Shown here: one piece after another, positions 9,704-20,396 of the stretch
Position numbering within the stretch: position 1 is the stretch's first letter
Layout: every line of letters starts with the position of its first letter
Virus record (IMG/VR): IMGVR_UViG_3300017778_003242
Location: 15,284 to 79,283 of that record
Strand: one strand, 5' to 3'
Source: a virus
Taxonomy: Duplodnaviria; Heunggongvirae; Uroviricota; Caudoviricetes
DNA: 64,000 nucleotides
Made by a program: the position numbers and the translations under genes
The notes under the pieces: model-generated
The model's database searches: none
What the model was told of the DNA's origin: nothing
Seen by the model: the letters and a program-made list of their open reading frames with translations, nothing else

Positions 9704-10996
9704 TTAGAAGAAGAAACGACTGTCTACATAAACGCCGCTTCCTCCGAAGCCAACGTCCGCGATTGACAGCGCCATGAACAGATACGCTGTCGCTGGCGCG
9801 GTCGTGTAGTTGAGCGTGAAGCCGTCGCTGTCGAATGAGCTGAACTCACCGGCCAGCACATCATCGAACGCTGCATCGCCAAGAGATATCAGACTTCCGT
9901 CCGAGTTGGAATAGCCGCGCGTGACCGAGGGGTCCACGTTGAACTGGCTTTTCTGAACGTACATGCCAACGTCACCGCCGTCCATTTTCATGGAGTTGTA
10001 ATGGCTGGCGTTCGCCGCGTTCGGCCCGGACGGAGTATTGATCGTCGTGGAGCCCCCGCCCGCCAGAATGAGAGCGTCGGGCAAGAACCCAACGCCGGTA
10101 TAAGCCTGCGTTCCCGTCGATGTTTTCGACAGGAAGTCGTCGAGCGAGAAGTTCAGGCCCGGAGCCTTGATCGCCAGAGACGACATGAGAATGCTCGACG
10201 CACTCGACGACGGTGTGACGCTATACCCGCTCGCATCGAAGGTGCCGATGCTGACCTTCCATGTGATCGACGGCGACGTTCCGCCCTGAACGAATGACGC
10301 GAAGCAGTCATCGTGGACGCAATAGTTCTGGCGGTTGACTGTAGTCGTGCCGGAGCCATCCCGGTACGATGCGCAACGCTGCGTGTCGAGCCCATCGTTC
10401 AGCCCGATACCGAACGAGATGAGGCCAAAAGCTGCGGCGGAAGTTGAAATCCCGGTTGCGGTCCGAGCGCAGTGCGCCGCGAACACGATGTCCGGTTCAA
10501 AGCCCGGCGCGGTGATGTCTATAGCGGACGTGCCGGTGCCGAGGTTGATCTCGCTGAGATAGGCTTCGCAGTCCGCGCCGCCGAACACGATCATCGTGAA
10601 TTCGCGCGTGAGACTGGTCGTGATCGGGACGTTCAAGAAGTTGAACTGGACGTTGTCAGCGGAGAACGAATTGACGTAGACTTCCCAGTCTTGGCTGAAG
10701 ACCGAGCCCGTATAGAGAATGCGGTCGTTGCGATAGTCGGTGTTCGAGCTTTGGACGCTGTTGGCGTCCTGTTGCACGCATCGGATCGCGTGCTGCGCGG
10801 TAGCGGTCGCGAAGCCGTAGCATGTATCGGGTCCGCGTGTAGTTCCGACAGTCGTTCCCGCAGTCCCGTTTGCCGCCTTGTGGCAGTTGGTCATGAGGAT
10901 GATAGCCTTGGGCGTTTCGCCCCCAAGGTTCACCGGGATATTGAGCGCAGTGTTCTTGGCCGAAACCGAGAACGTGACGATGTCAAAGACAGCCAT
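9704..10996 (-). CDS. tail fibre / distal tail structural protein
   Basis: 430 aa, Ser/Thr/Gly-rich beta-rich composition. Positioned between the host-specificity protein and the lysis genes. Confidence 0.5.
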   Translation of the reverse strand: MAVFDIVTFSVSAKNTALNIPVNLGGETPKAIILMTNCHKAANGTAGTTVGTTRGPDTCYGFATATAQHAIRCVQQDANSVQSSNTDYRNDRILYTGSVFSQDWEVYVNSFSADNVQFNFLNVPITTSLTREFTMIVFGGADCEAYLSEINLGTGTSAIDITAPGFEPDIVFAAHCARTATGISTSAAAFGLISFGIGLNDGLDTQRCASYRDGSGTTTVNRQNYCVHDDCFASFVQGGTSPSITWKVSIGTFDASGYSVTPSSSASSILMSSLAIKAPGLNFSLDDFLSKTSTGTQAYTGVGFLPDALILAGGGSTTINTPSGPNAANASHYNSMKMDGGDVGMYVQKSQFNVDPSVTRGYSNSDGSLISLGDAAFDDVLAGEFSSFDSDGFTLNYTTAPATAYLFMALSIADVGFGGSGVYVDSRFFF

Positions 10997-11712
10997 TAGT
11001 CGATGCTCGCGACCAGAGTAATAGCGATACCGGCCAGCAATTCGAACGCGGCGGGCATCGTGAATGTCAGGCGGTCACCGGCCACGAAACTGGTGAGCGT
11101 GGAGTTAAAGTGCGCTGCCGCGATCGACGTGAAGAACTCGATGGTGCCGAACGGCGTGCCATTCTTCTTCACCGTGATCATGACATCGAACGATCCAGTA
11201 TGGACAGTACCCGCGTACGCCCGTGAGCCGAGCAAGTCGGCGGGGAACGTCACGTCGCGCGTGAAGATGTACGTCAGGTCTTTGTTCTCGTCCACGCCTT
11301 CACCTGTGACGAAAAGCGATACGAGATGTTCATTGCCCGCCGCGCCGCCGCTGACGCCGCTGATCTCGTCCGACCCGTCACAGTACAGCAGGAGGCCGGT
11401 GCCAATCGGCACATCGGCAGTGACGGCGAAAGACCCTGCGCGAATCGTCAGGATGCCGTTGGTGTTGTTCTGGACATAGAAAAGGCGTTGCGTGTTCGGG
11501 ACAGTGACCGTCGTCGCGCCGAACGTGCCGGTGAAGACATGCCGGAAGAAGTCGGTGAACTGGGCAGTCGTCAGCGTCGTAGCCGCAGTGATCGCCGCTG
11601 TACGCGTCGCCTGCATCGCTTCTTCCAGCGCGCGGATAGCCTCGTTGATCGTCACTTCCTTGTTGGATTGTGACTGAGAGACTTCGGGGATGCTGAGAAT
11701 AGGGGTAGTCAT
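10996..11712 (-). CDS. tail structural protein
   Basis: 238 aa Thr/Ala/Gly-rich protein, translationally coupled (ATGA) to the flanking tail genes. Confidence 0.45.
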   Translation of the reverse strand: MTTPILSIPEVSQSQSNKEVTINEAIRALEEAMQATRTAAITAATTLTTAQFTDFFRHVFTGTFGATTVTVPNTQRLFYVQNNTNGILTIRAGSFAVTADVPIGTGLLLYCDGSDEISGVSGGAAGNEHLVSLFVTGEGVDENKDLTYIFTRDVTFPADLLGSRAYAGTVHTGSFDVMITVKKNGTPFGTIEFFTSIAAAHFNSTLTSFVAGDRLTFTMPAAFELLAGIAITLVASID

Positions 11713-14700
11713 TATCCGACCTCGACCGTGATTATGCGACCGAAGCCGCGCCCGACTGTTGCGCTCATTTGGTAGACCCCGACCTTGAGCGTGGCCGGGG
11801 TAGCCGTCAGTTGATCCGTCAGGACGATGGCGGCGAGATAGTCAACCTGTGACACCGTCGAAGTCAACGTCCGGAGGACAGTTGTACCCGCGACGTTGTA
11901 GATGTCAATCTCGTAGGCTTCTGTGGCTTCGGACAGAGGGACATCGATCAAGTCCTCCATCTCACCGCCAATTCGTGTACGACGCTCCCAGTTGATGACG
12001 ATGTCACCAACCGTATCAAGGAACGCGGTAACGTGATCCGGTGCATAGGGCTTCAGATCAGCACACGTGTAATTGCTCTGTTCGGCCAGCGTCTCGTTGA
12101 CCAGAAGGCCGCGCGTGACGACCTTATAGTATTGGTCGTCCGCGAGCGTCTGGGCGACGGGCTGGGCGAAGATGCCGTAGGTCGAAGCGTCATCATCGAA
12201 CGTGCCGTCCGACAGGAACACGATGCGGTCACCAGCCGCGGCGACCAGATTGGTGTCGGTGCCACGACGGCCACGGAGAAGCGAGTGAAGCTCCAGCGCC
12301 CGGTCGCTGACTTCGACGACTTCGGCGAAAGAGATCAGCTCGTACGTGCCATCCGCATGGCAGATCACGGCGCGGTTATACGGGCCGGAGATCATCGTCT
12401 CATGGGAGATCGTGTACTCGGACGCGGCCAGATAGCCGGAGTTCATGAAGACATGCACGACGTTCGTGTTGTCCGTCACCCACGGGCTGTCGGGCGCGGC
12501 GAGCGCTTGCGTGAGGATGCCCCAGTTGGAGCGATTGATACGCGCGTCCAATTGGTCATAGATCATGTTGTCGTACGAGCGATACAGGAACGCGCCCGGC
12601 CATGAGTTGGTTTCTGCGCCGTAGTCGGAGCCCGCCCAATAGCCGATGGACAGGTTATTGCTCGTGGGGACATCATCATCGTTCAGGAACGGGATGTCGA
12701 GCAGGAAAGGTTCAGACGGCGCGGACAGGTAGACCGGCGGATCGCTCCACTGGCCCGTCGCGCTCGTTGCGAACGACACGTACATGCCGGGCGATTGCTC
12801 GACGCTATACGCCTTCATGGTGAAGTCCGCGCCGATGGACACGCGGTCAAGCATGATGTCGCTCGAATAGCCCGAAGGCTGTACGAAGGTCAGAAGGTCG
12901 CCGGGCGTGTACGCGAGCCACCGGGGCGGCAGACCGAACTCGTACGCGTTGCGCTCGATCCACGACGCGTACATCAGCTTCTCGACTTGCTGCTTGGCGT
13001 CAGCCGGATCGAGAGCGATGTCGATCGCGAAGTTCTCGGTGTTCGTCGAAGCCGTCGTCGCGATAGGATACTTCACGCGGCTCGCGCGCTGGATGCCCTT
13101 CTCGTAATCGCGGATGCGGTCCACGTATTCGACTTCGTACGTCTGGGGGAGCGCGCTCTCTTCTTCGCGATTGCGCTTGAACACATCGCCCCGACCGCCG
13201 GACAGCATATCGTCCGTGGTCAGCGTGTCGAGCGACACCGTCTGGCGTTCCTCGAAATAGATACGATGGTCGCGCTCGACCACGTTGATCTGGTAGAATT
13301 CCAGCAGCGGATCGAGATGCTTCTTGCCCTCATCCGTTTTCGAGATCAGATAGCCGGGGACAGGGATGTCGTCGATTGCGCTGACATCGAAGTCATATCC
13401 CTCGACCAAGCCACACTCGCTCGCAACTTTGCGCACGATGCTGGACAAAGATGAGCTGGTCTGATCGCCGAGGAAGAGTTGGATCGTCTGAAGCACATCC
13501 GGTCCAGAGGGGTTCTTCTCCCACATATAGATTTTGCTTGTGCTGTCATCGTACACCTGCTTGTCGATGTCAGCACTGATGCCAAAGTATCCGTTGTTGA
13601 CGCCATCATATTCCGTGGAGATCACCCCATCGGCCAAATTGACGGCGCAGATTTGAGAGCCATTCGTGAAGGCCCAATGCCCGCCGGTGAGACGCGGGAA
13701 GAACATGCTGCTAGTCTCGTTAGAGAACACGCCGAAGGGGACTTCCGTCACCCACACGAGCCCGTTCGATTCAGTCCAAGCGAACATGCGGACAACAGAC
13801 ACGCTGTCCTTGACGCCTTCAACGAACCCTATGACACGACCATTGCCATCGTCCCAGCCGAGCACACTGGAGAAGCCCGTAGCCGAGAACGTGTCAAGAT
13901 CGAATGCAGCGGGAAGCATCGTCGCGTAGTCAGTCTTGAACGACCCGTCCGCGCCATCACAGCGGACCATCGTGAGGATGCCGCCGGTCATGTAATATGC
14001 AAAGCCGAAGCGCGCGTCGCTGACACCGACCGGCGTGGCGAGGGACACGATGCCCCCGGTCGTCGAGATCGTGATGTTGGAGAGCAGACCTACTTCGATA
14101 TCGTGCGCGTTGATCGTATACTGAATTGCTGACAGCGCGCGGCCAACTGTGAACAGGCAGCGTGTCGTGCTGCCCGGCGATTCGTACAGCATCGGACCGC
14201 CGCGACGGCCAAGCAAAGGCTTGGTGTTGGTGTGGTCCGAGTATTCAGGTTCGCCGGTAAACGAGTTATAACGGTCGCCACCGTTGCCATCGTAGCCGTA
14301 ATGCTGGTTGAATTCCATGTCGATGACGATTGGCCCTTCCTGAAGAGCCGTGAGATCGGTAACTGACCGGATAAGAGTGCCGTCGAGGCTGTATACATCG
14401 AGGCTGACTTCGTTCGCGCCGTTGTTCTGCTTGTAGATGAGGCCGCGCTTGTAGTCGATCTGCAACGTACCGCGATCGCTGATCTCCGTCGCGACCGTCG
14501 TCTCCCAAATGCTGATGTTGGACCCACCGACATCGAAGATGAATTCAGCGCGGACCTTCGGGATTTTGTTGTCGAACTGTTCTAGCTTCAGACGGTCGAA
14601 CACGATGTAGCACATGCCGCGATAGGCGGGAGTGTTCGCCGCGCCTTCGATAGCGACGATGGTCGGGTCTTGTTCCTGATCTTCCGTGCCAAGATAGAGC

Positions 14701-15143
14701 TTGTACGGGATACGGCTTTCCTGTTGCTTGCGGAACTGATCCGAAAGAAGCTTGGCCCGGATGCCACGGAACAGAAGCGGCTCGTATTCCTGAATGACAG
14801 GGTCCGTGGTGTCGATGTTGGCACCATCATAGACCAGCAGATCGTCCATCCAGAGACGGACGAGCTTGGTCGCCGGGCCTTCGCCGAACCACACAGCGAA
14901 CGACGCGAAATAGTCATACGTGGACGTGGTGACCTTCGTTCCGCCGATGCCGAGGATCGCGCCCTTTTTCTTGGACGAGCGCGTGACCCGTTCTTCAATG
15001 GGGGCGAACCAGAGGTTTTGGCCATCGACAATACGCGATCCGAACACGTACGGGATGTTTTTCCCATACGATCCGCCACCGGCAAACTCTTCGACCTTGC
15101 CGATGTCGATGTTACGTTTCGCGCTGCCGAGCCTAAGTCCCAT
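11712..15143 (-). CDS. tail host-specificity protein (GTA ORFg15 / gpJ-like)
   Basis: 1143 aa. N-terminal GSYGKNIPYVFG region is typical of the alphaproteobacterial GTA / siphophage host-specificity protein. Follows the BR0599 gene. Confidence 0.65.
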   Translation of the reverse strand: MGLRLGSAKRNIDIGKVEEFAGGGSYGKNIPYVFGSRIVDGQNLWFAPIEERVTRSSKKKGAILGIGGTKVTTSTYDYFASFAVWFGEGPATKLVRLWMDDLLVYDGANIDTTDPVIQEYEPLLFRGIRAKLLSDQFRKQQESRIPYKLYLGTEDQEQDPTIVAIEGAANTPAYRGMCYIVFDRLKLEQFDNKIPKVRAEFIFDVGGSNISIWETTVATEISDRGTLQIDYKRGLIYKQNNGANEVSLDVYSLDGTLIRSVTDLTALQEGPIVIDMEFNQHYGYDGNGGDRYNSFTGEPEYSDHTNTKPLLGRRGGPMLYESPGSTTRCLFTVGRALSAIQYTINAHDIEVGLLSNITISTTGGIVSLATPVGVSDARFGFAYYMTGGILTMVRCDGADGSFKTDYATMLPAAFDLDTFSATGFSSVLGWDDGNGRVIGFVEGVKDSVSVVRMFAWTESNGLVWVTEVPFGVFSNETSSMFFPRLTGGHWAFTNGSQICAVNLADGVISTEYDGVNNGYFGISADIDKQVYDDSTSKIYMWEKNPSGPDVLQTIQLFLGDQTSSSLSSIVRKVASECGLVEGYDFDVSAIDDIPVPGYLISKTDEGKKHLDPLLEFYQINVVERDHRIYFEERQTVSLDTLTTDDMLSGGRGDVFKRNREEESALPQTYEVEYVDRIRDYEKGIQRASRVKYPIATTASTNTENFAIDIALDPADAKQQVEKLMYASWIERNAYEFGLPPRWLAYTPGDLLTFVQPSGYSSDIMLDRVSIGADFTMKAYSVEQSPGMYVSFATSATGQWSDPPVYLSAPSEPFLLDIPFLNDDDVPTSNNLSIGYWAGSDYGAETNSWPGAFLYRSYDNMIYDQLDARINRSNWGILTQALAAPDSPWVTDNTNVVHVFMNSGYLAASEYTISHETMISGPYNRAVICHADGTYELISFAEVVEVSDRALELHSLLRGRRGTDTNLVAAAGDRIVFLSDGTFDDDASTYGIFAQPVAQTLADDQYYKVVTRGLLVNETLAEQSNYTCADLKPYAPDHVTAFLDTVGDIVINWERRTRIGGEMEDLIDVPLSEATEAYEIDIYNVAGTTVLRTLTSTVSQVDYLAAIVLTDQLTATPATLKVGVYQMSATVGRGFGRIITVEVG

Positions 15144-15154
15144 GGTTTATCCCG

Positions 15155-16840
15155 TTAGTTTGCTCTGGCACCGTAACGAGCGAAAACAGACGCCGGTGCG
15201 CGCGGTTGAACAGACGTAGCCGTTTTCATCTGGATCGTTTCTTCGATAGGCACGTCGGGCTCGCCGCGGAAGTTCTTCACGTTTCCAAGGGCAAAATTCG
15301 TCGATCCTGCGATCACGAACTTGTCCCGGCACGTCGGCTTCGTTTTGTCACATCCCGGAGAGATGCGCAACTGATCACCGGGCGCAAGGTCAAAAGCGAA
15401 CGGCAGGAAACACTCTACAATGTTCCCTGCATCCGTCCATGATTTGACTTCAATGGTTTTTCCGAGATTGGCCCCACTCTCAATAGTGATGGAGCCGTCA
15501 GCGAACCACGCGTCCACTGCCCGGCTCTCTGTCACAGTGATCGAGAAAGTCTTGCGGTCTGTGACAGTCGCCACCGTGGCGTGCCTCATGAACGCCTCGC
15601 GGGCCGTGAAGACCGCTGTGCCGTCCGTGGTGGGATTGCCTACGACAGTGTCATAGGTCGGCTGGGTGCCAGCCGTAGCGCCCGCCGTGGTGCATTCGTA
15701 GATACGGTTCTCGAACGATGTCTGGAACCCGTAGCCGCTGGCGTAGGTCGTGATCTCGGACAGGATGTCATCGAAGGCGATGTGGGCATACAGCTCAGCC
15801 GGGTCGCGCTGCATCCAGAGCGTGATTCGGAGCTTGCGCGACAGCGGCGGGATCGGCTTGTCGGAATAGGCTTGCTGGACCCACGTCTTCTGCGGGAAGA
15901 AGGTGATGAAGTCGGTGTCGAGCAAGACCGCCGTAACGTCGTCATTGTCATCCAGCGTCTCGTACACGACGCGCCCCTTGGGGATGGCCGTGAGCGTGCC
16001 TGACAGGGCGCGAGCCCCGCCGGAGATCGTCGCCCGGCCCGTATCGATAAGATCGAGATCAAGGCCGACGATGGTGTCGAGATCAACTACCTGTTCGACT
16101 TGGTTGGTCGCGCCGTTCGTGTTTCCACGAAGAAGCTGTGAACCCACGTACGGGCCGACGCCATCGAGAGCCGTGTCGCGCCGCACGAAGCCTTGGACAA
16201 CCGTCCACTCCGCGCCGAGAGCGCTTTCAAAGCTGGGGTTTACGAACGGCACCGAGTAGGTCGTGATGCCCGAAGGGTCGGTCAGGACGCGCACGAAATC
16301 GCCGACGGCATATGTGCGGCCACGTTGAATAAGCGGCGGCTGGATGGGCGTCTTGCACTTCAGCGAACCGAGTTCGGTCCGGCATGTGGGCGAGGACTTG
16401 TTACCGATGCGGTTGCGGAACGCTTCCGTGATCGAGCGGAACGTGGCGTTGAACAGGCCTTCTTGCGTATGCTCGAATTCACCGAGCTTACCGCGCATGA
16501 GCGCGATAACGCCCTGCGTCGTATCGAGGTGGTTGACGATCCAGATGCGCAGCTCCGCGCCGTCGAACAGACCGTTGTCGATGTCCTGTTGGGTGATGCT
16601 GGCATCGTCGAAGAAGCCGCTGATATCCATGTTGTCGGACTTGAGCCCGAGCTGGGTGTCGATCGCGGTGCGCTGGTACGAGTTGACTGAGGAAGACACT
16701 TCCCCGGCCACTGTGAGCGGCACGTCGCAATCCGTCAGGCGGAACGTGACGTTGTCCTGACGGATGATCTTCCACACAGTCGCGAGCGACGTGACTTCCT
16801 GATCAAGATGCGTTGCGAGGGCGACGGGGACTAGACGCAT
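15155..16840 (-). CDS. tail protein, DUF2163 + phage BR0599 C-terminal domain (GTA g13-like)
   Basis: 561 aa. C-terminal GCDKTKPTCRDKF...NFRGEPDVP matches the BR0599 conserved Cys motif. Confidence 0.6.
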   Translation of the reverse strand: MRLVPVALATHLDQEVTSLATVWKIIRQDNVTFRLTDCDVPLTVAGEVSSSVNSYQRTAIDTQLGLKSDNMDISGFFDDASITQQDIDNGLFDGAELRIWIVNHLDTTQGVIALMRGKLGEFEHTQEGLFNATFRSITEAFRNRIGNKSSPTCRTELGSLKCKTPIQPPLIQRGRTYAVGDFVRVLTDPSGITTYSVPFVNPSFESALGAEWTVVQGFVRRDTALDGVGPYVGSQLLRGNTNGATNQVEQVVDLDTIVGLDLDLIDTGRATISGGARALSGTLTAIPKGRVVYETLDDNDDVTAVLLDTDFITFFPQKTWVQQAYSDKPIPPLSRKLRITLWMQRDPAELYAHIAFDDILSEITTYASGYGFQTSFENRIYECTTAGATAGTQPTYDTVVGNPTTDGTAVFTAREAFMRHATVATVTDRKTFSITVTESRAVDAWFADGSITIESGANLGKTIEVKSWTDAGNIVECFLPFAFDLAPGDQLRISPGCDKTKPTCRDKFVIAGSTNFALGNVKNFRGEPDVPIEETIQMKTATSVQPRAPASVFARYGARAN

Positions 16841-17457
16841 TATGCCAGCTCTTCCGGGCGAAGTTCAACGAGAGGAATGCCTTGCACCTGACCAGCTTCG
16901 ACCCACTGAAGGGTGACATCGAGACTGTCCGTGTCGAAGCGGACCGGCACATCGAATTCGCCGGTGACTGTGATCGCCTGTCCGCCGGTCGGCGCGACGA
17001 CGAACGTGATGACGCCGGTCGAATGGTTAATGGTGTAATGCGTAGTCAGGGTTTGCAAAACCCCGGCTTTGTAAACTTGAATGGTGCCGCTGACAGGCTT
17101 GTAGATGTTGCGGACGTATGAGCCCCCAGCATCGCTGTACGTCTTGGTGATCTGGAACGCCGTAAGCACGCCGTTGCCGGTGCCGATGTTCTCTTCAGTG
17201 AGCGTATAGTCCGCCCAATCCTTGAAGCGGAAGCCGTACGCCCGGCCACGCCGGATGTAGAAGAAGTTCAGGATTTGGCGATAGAGCTGTTGCGAGCCGA
17301 TGCCATACGAGATGTCATAGGCGCAGCGCTGTTGCGCCCAATTGATGTTGCGCTGTTCCTTGCCCGAAGCGAGTTGGGATACGCCCGTGTTGAAGCCGGG
17401 GCCACCTTTGGCCCCGCGCTCAACGTCTACAGGAAGGCGCACGTCATGGAACGACAT
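16840..17457 (-). CDS. distal tail protein, DUF2460 (GTA g12-like)
   Basis: MSFHDVRLPVDVERGAKGGPGFNT N-terminus is characteristic of DUF2460/TIGR02217. Lies directly downstream of the tape measure. Confidence 0.65.
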   Translation of the reverse strand: MSFHDVRLPVDVERGAKGGPGFNTGVSQLASGKEQRNINWAQQRCAYDISYGIGSQQLYRQILNFFYIRRGRAYGFRFKDWADYTLTEENIGTGNGVLTAFQITKTYSDAGGSYVRNIYKPVSGTIQVYKAGVLQTLTTHYTINHSTGVITFVVAPTGGQAITVTGEFDVPVRFDTDSLDVTLQWVEAGQVQGIPLVELRPEELA

Positions 17458-17459
17458 GG

Positions 17460-20363
17460 TTAATTATTCCTCGCGATGGCGCGCTCGACGACGCGAGCCG
17501 TGTCCTGTGCAACTTGACGGCCAGATGCGCGGAAGCCGTTGGCATCCGTGACACCGTTCACGTTCTGGGTGAGGTTTAGCGTCAAACCGCCGCCCTGTCC
17601 AGAATTAAATCGGCCCGAGTTGATCGCTTCCAGCAGATCGGAGTTGCGGGCCGCGGCGTCCGCGCGCACGACGAATTCGCCGTTCGACAGTGCCGCGCTG
17701 ACCGCGTCATCTCGCGGACCGCCGGGGCCGACAACGAAGCCACCATCCTTCAGTGCCACGTCAGGGGCGACCGCGCCCTTGATCGAAGTCAGCAGTTGCA
17801 GACCGGACGCGCCGACTTGCGCCATGGCCGCGAGGTTGGCCGGGAAGGGCAACGACACGGACGCGTTCATGATAGCTTGGTTCAGCTTCACGAAGCCGTC
17901 CGCGATCGCAAACGCCTTGGACACGGCAAACAGCGTTTTGTATACACCCGAGCTTTCCTTCACGAAGCCTTTCGACAGCTCCGCGAGATCGCCGAACGCC
18001 GAAGATGCGTTCTGGAACTGGAGGCTTTGCGCAGCGAGTTCGATCTCCTGACGTTGCTTGGTGTAGATTTCCGTCAGCGCCGTCTTCTGCGCTTCGAACT
18101 CTTCCTGTTGGATGAGTTCGTTCGACTGGAGTTCCGCCAGCAAGGTAAGGCGCGCGTTGAACTCATCCGTCAGCAGCTCTTGTTCCGCCGCGACTTTCGC
18201 GCCCGGATCAGAAGAGTTGTCGCCGAGGAATTTGTTCAAGTCTTTCTTGTCTTGGCCGAGTTCAGTGTCGCCCAAGAACTTCGTCTGTTGACCTTCAGTG
18301 ATCGTGCCTTTGGCCACAAGCTCGTTAGTCGCAGCGAGCGTCGCTGCGTACTGGTTCGTCTTGCGCGTCAGGCTATCGAGGATGTTGTCCTTCTCGCGCT
18401 GCGTGTCGATGACTTCACGCTCAAGCCGGAGCGTTTCCGCAAGCTGGTCGATCTGGTCCTGCGTGGGGTCAATGCCATCTTTCAGAGTTTGCACCAGCAG
18501 GCGATATGCCTTGTAGTGATCGAGCGAAGATTGCGCAGCGTCCTTCTGGGCGATGTGCTCTTTGTTAAGCTCGTCCACTGCCTGCAAGCTGTACTTCTGG
18601 CGCAGCGCGCCGAACTCAGCCTGTTGAGCGCCGTTCTCTTTGAGCTTCTTCGCGATGTTTTCGTCGCCCTGAAGTTTGGCATATTGCTCTTGGGCGCGCT
18701 TCAGCTCACGCAGCGATTCGACCGCGTTGTCCGAACCATCGCGGAGTTCTTTCATGCGGTCGGTGAAGCTGTCCAGACGACGCTGGTCGTTGGCGTTCAA
18801 CTGGATTTCCACCGGCAGGGCTTCCTTGCCTCCGGCCACTTGGTCCAGCGTATCCGAGACTTCCTGCGTTTCAGTCTTCAGCTTCTTCAGCGCTTCAGCC
18901 GAACGCTGGCTGAACGCGACGATCGCGTTACCGGCTTTTGCACCGGCGACCTCGAACGGCGCGAATACCTTGTTGACCGTCTCGCTCAGTTTGTTGGCCG
19001 CGTCCGTGCCCGCAGTGATGGGGTCCACGAACTCGTTCTTGAACTGGTCGTTCTGCGAGCTGAAATCGACCTTGGCGATCTTTTCCGTTTCGCCCTTGAA
19101 CACGTTGACGGCGTCGATCAGGAAGTTGACCAAGCCTTCGGCGGCGCTCGTGATCAGGTCGAACGCCGAGTCGAACGCGAGGAAGATGTCCTTGCCGACA
19201 GCGGCGAAGAAGCCGCCGATGAAAGCCGCGCCGCGGACGAACGTGTTGACCAGATTTTTGAACGCGTTGAAGATGAAGCCGAAAGAGTTCACGAACACTT
19301 TTGTCAGCGTGACGCCCACGTCTTCACCAGAGCCCGCGACGATGCCGAACGCACCGAGCACGGTAGAGGCCATGTCGATGAAGAGCTGCGCGATCGACGT
19401 GGTGAATTCTGTGCCGACCTTCAGTAGATCGGCGAAGAGCTGGATGCCTTCCGACAGGATCACGATGAACGGACGGATCGCCGTGACGATCCCCGGAATT
19501 TGTTCAGCGAAGTCGATCAGCGCCGTAGCGACCGACTTGGCGAACAGACGGAACGACGGGTCGCGCGCAAGGGCGATGAAGTTGTTCTTGACGATCTCGA
19601 TGCTGTCTTCGATCGTCGGCGTCGTGCGCTCGAATTCCTCGTTGAGCTTGCTCAACTGAGTGAGCAGCGCCTTGGTGATCAGCTCGCCGGTGAGCTTGCC
19701 CTGCGCGCCGAGCGTGCGCAAGCTGCCCGACAGGAGTTCCGCGGAGATTTTGCCCGATTCGAAATCCTTGAAGATACGACCGAACTTCGCGCCGAGTTCT
19801 TTCCCTTCCGGGATTTCATTCAAGCCGTCAGCGATCGCCTTCGCCAGACGCGGAGCCTGTTCCAAAACGGAGCGCAATTCGTCGCCGCGCAACACACCGA
19901 CTGAGAGGCCCTGTGTAAACTGGATCAACGCGGCAGTCGCTTCCGCCGACGTGTTGCCGAAGATTTTGAATGACTGGTTGATGCCTTTGGTCAGATCAAG
20001 AAGCTGTCGGCCAGTCAGGTTGTATCCGACCGTCACGCGTTCCAGACGTGCATAAGTTTCGACCGTCGGCTCCAGTGCCGAACGCGTCGAGTTGGCGACC
20101 TTCAGCAACTCGTTGAAGAGTTCGTTCGACCGGGCTTGCGAGCCCGTCAGCACGTTCAGTCGGTTGTCCAGACGCGTGGCAACGTCGGTGATCGCCAGAA
20201 GCCCTTTGGCCAGCGATACGACCGAGAACCCCAGAAGCAGATTGCGCAGATTGAACACAGAGCGGTGAGCACGATTTGCAGCGTTGCCGACCCCGGTGAT
20301 GGAGTTGGCCGCGCTGTTCGCGCCATTAACTGTGATCGAAATGACAATAGGCTGGGTAGCCAT
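17460..20363 (-). CDS. tail tape measure protein
   Basis: 967 aa, largely coiled-coil with Ala/Leu/Gln/Glu repeats and hydrophobic segments. Canonical position after the chaperones. Confidence 0.8.
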   Translation of the reverse strand: MATQPIVISITVNGANSAANSITGVGNAANRAHRSVFNLRNLLLGFSVVSLAKGLLAITDVATRLDNRLNVLTGSQARSNELFNELLKVANSTRSALEPTVETYARLERVTVGYNLTGRQLLDLTKGINQSFKIFGNTSAEATAALIQFTQGLSVGVLRGDELRSVLEQAPRLAKAIADGLNEIPEGKELGAKFGRIFKDFESGKISAELLSGSLRTLGAQGKLTGELITKALLTQLSKLNEEFERTTPTIEDSIEIVKNNFIALARDPSFRLFAKSVATALIDFAEQIPGIVTAIRPFIVILSEGIQLFADLLKVGTEFTTSIAQLFIDMASTVLGAFGIVAGSGEDVGVTLTKVFVNSFGFIFNAFKNLVNTFVRGAAFIGGFFAAVGKDIFLAFDSAFDLITSAAEGLVNFLIDAVNVFKGETEKIAKVDFSSQNDQFKNEFVDPITAGTDAANKLSETVNKVFAPFEVAGAKAGNAIVAFSQRSAEALKKLKTETQEVSDTLDQVAGGKEALPVEIQLNANDQRRLDSFTDRMKELRDGSDNAVESLRELKRAQEQYAKLQGDENIAKKLKENGAQQAEFGALRQKYSLQAVDELNKEHIAQKDAAQSSLDHYKAYRLLVQTLKDGIDPTQDQIDQLAETLRLEREVIDTQREKDNILDSLTRKTNQYAATLAATNELVAKGTITEGQQTKFLGDTELGQDKKDLNKFLGDNSSDPGAKVAAEQELLTDEFNARLTLLAELQSNELIQQEEFEAQKTALTEIYTKQRQEIELAAQSLQFQNASSAFGDLAELSKGFVKESSGVYKTLFAVSKAFAIADGFVKLNQAIMNASVSLPFPANLAAMAQVGASGLQLLTSIKGAVAPDVALKDGGFVVGPGGPRDDAVSAALSNGEFVVRADAAARNSDLLEAINSGRFNSGQGGGLTLNLTQNVNGVTDANGFRASGRQVAQDTARVVERAIARNN

Positions 20364-20396
20364 CGTTATCCACCGTTAAGGTTAAGGCCGGATAAT

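Noticed and set aside
17796-19427. 543-aa ORF on the + strand inside the tape-measure gene
   Set aside because: Antisense shadow ORF, extremely Arg/Leu-rich. The tape-measure frame has the expected coiled-coil composition.
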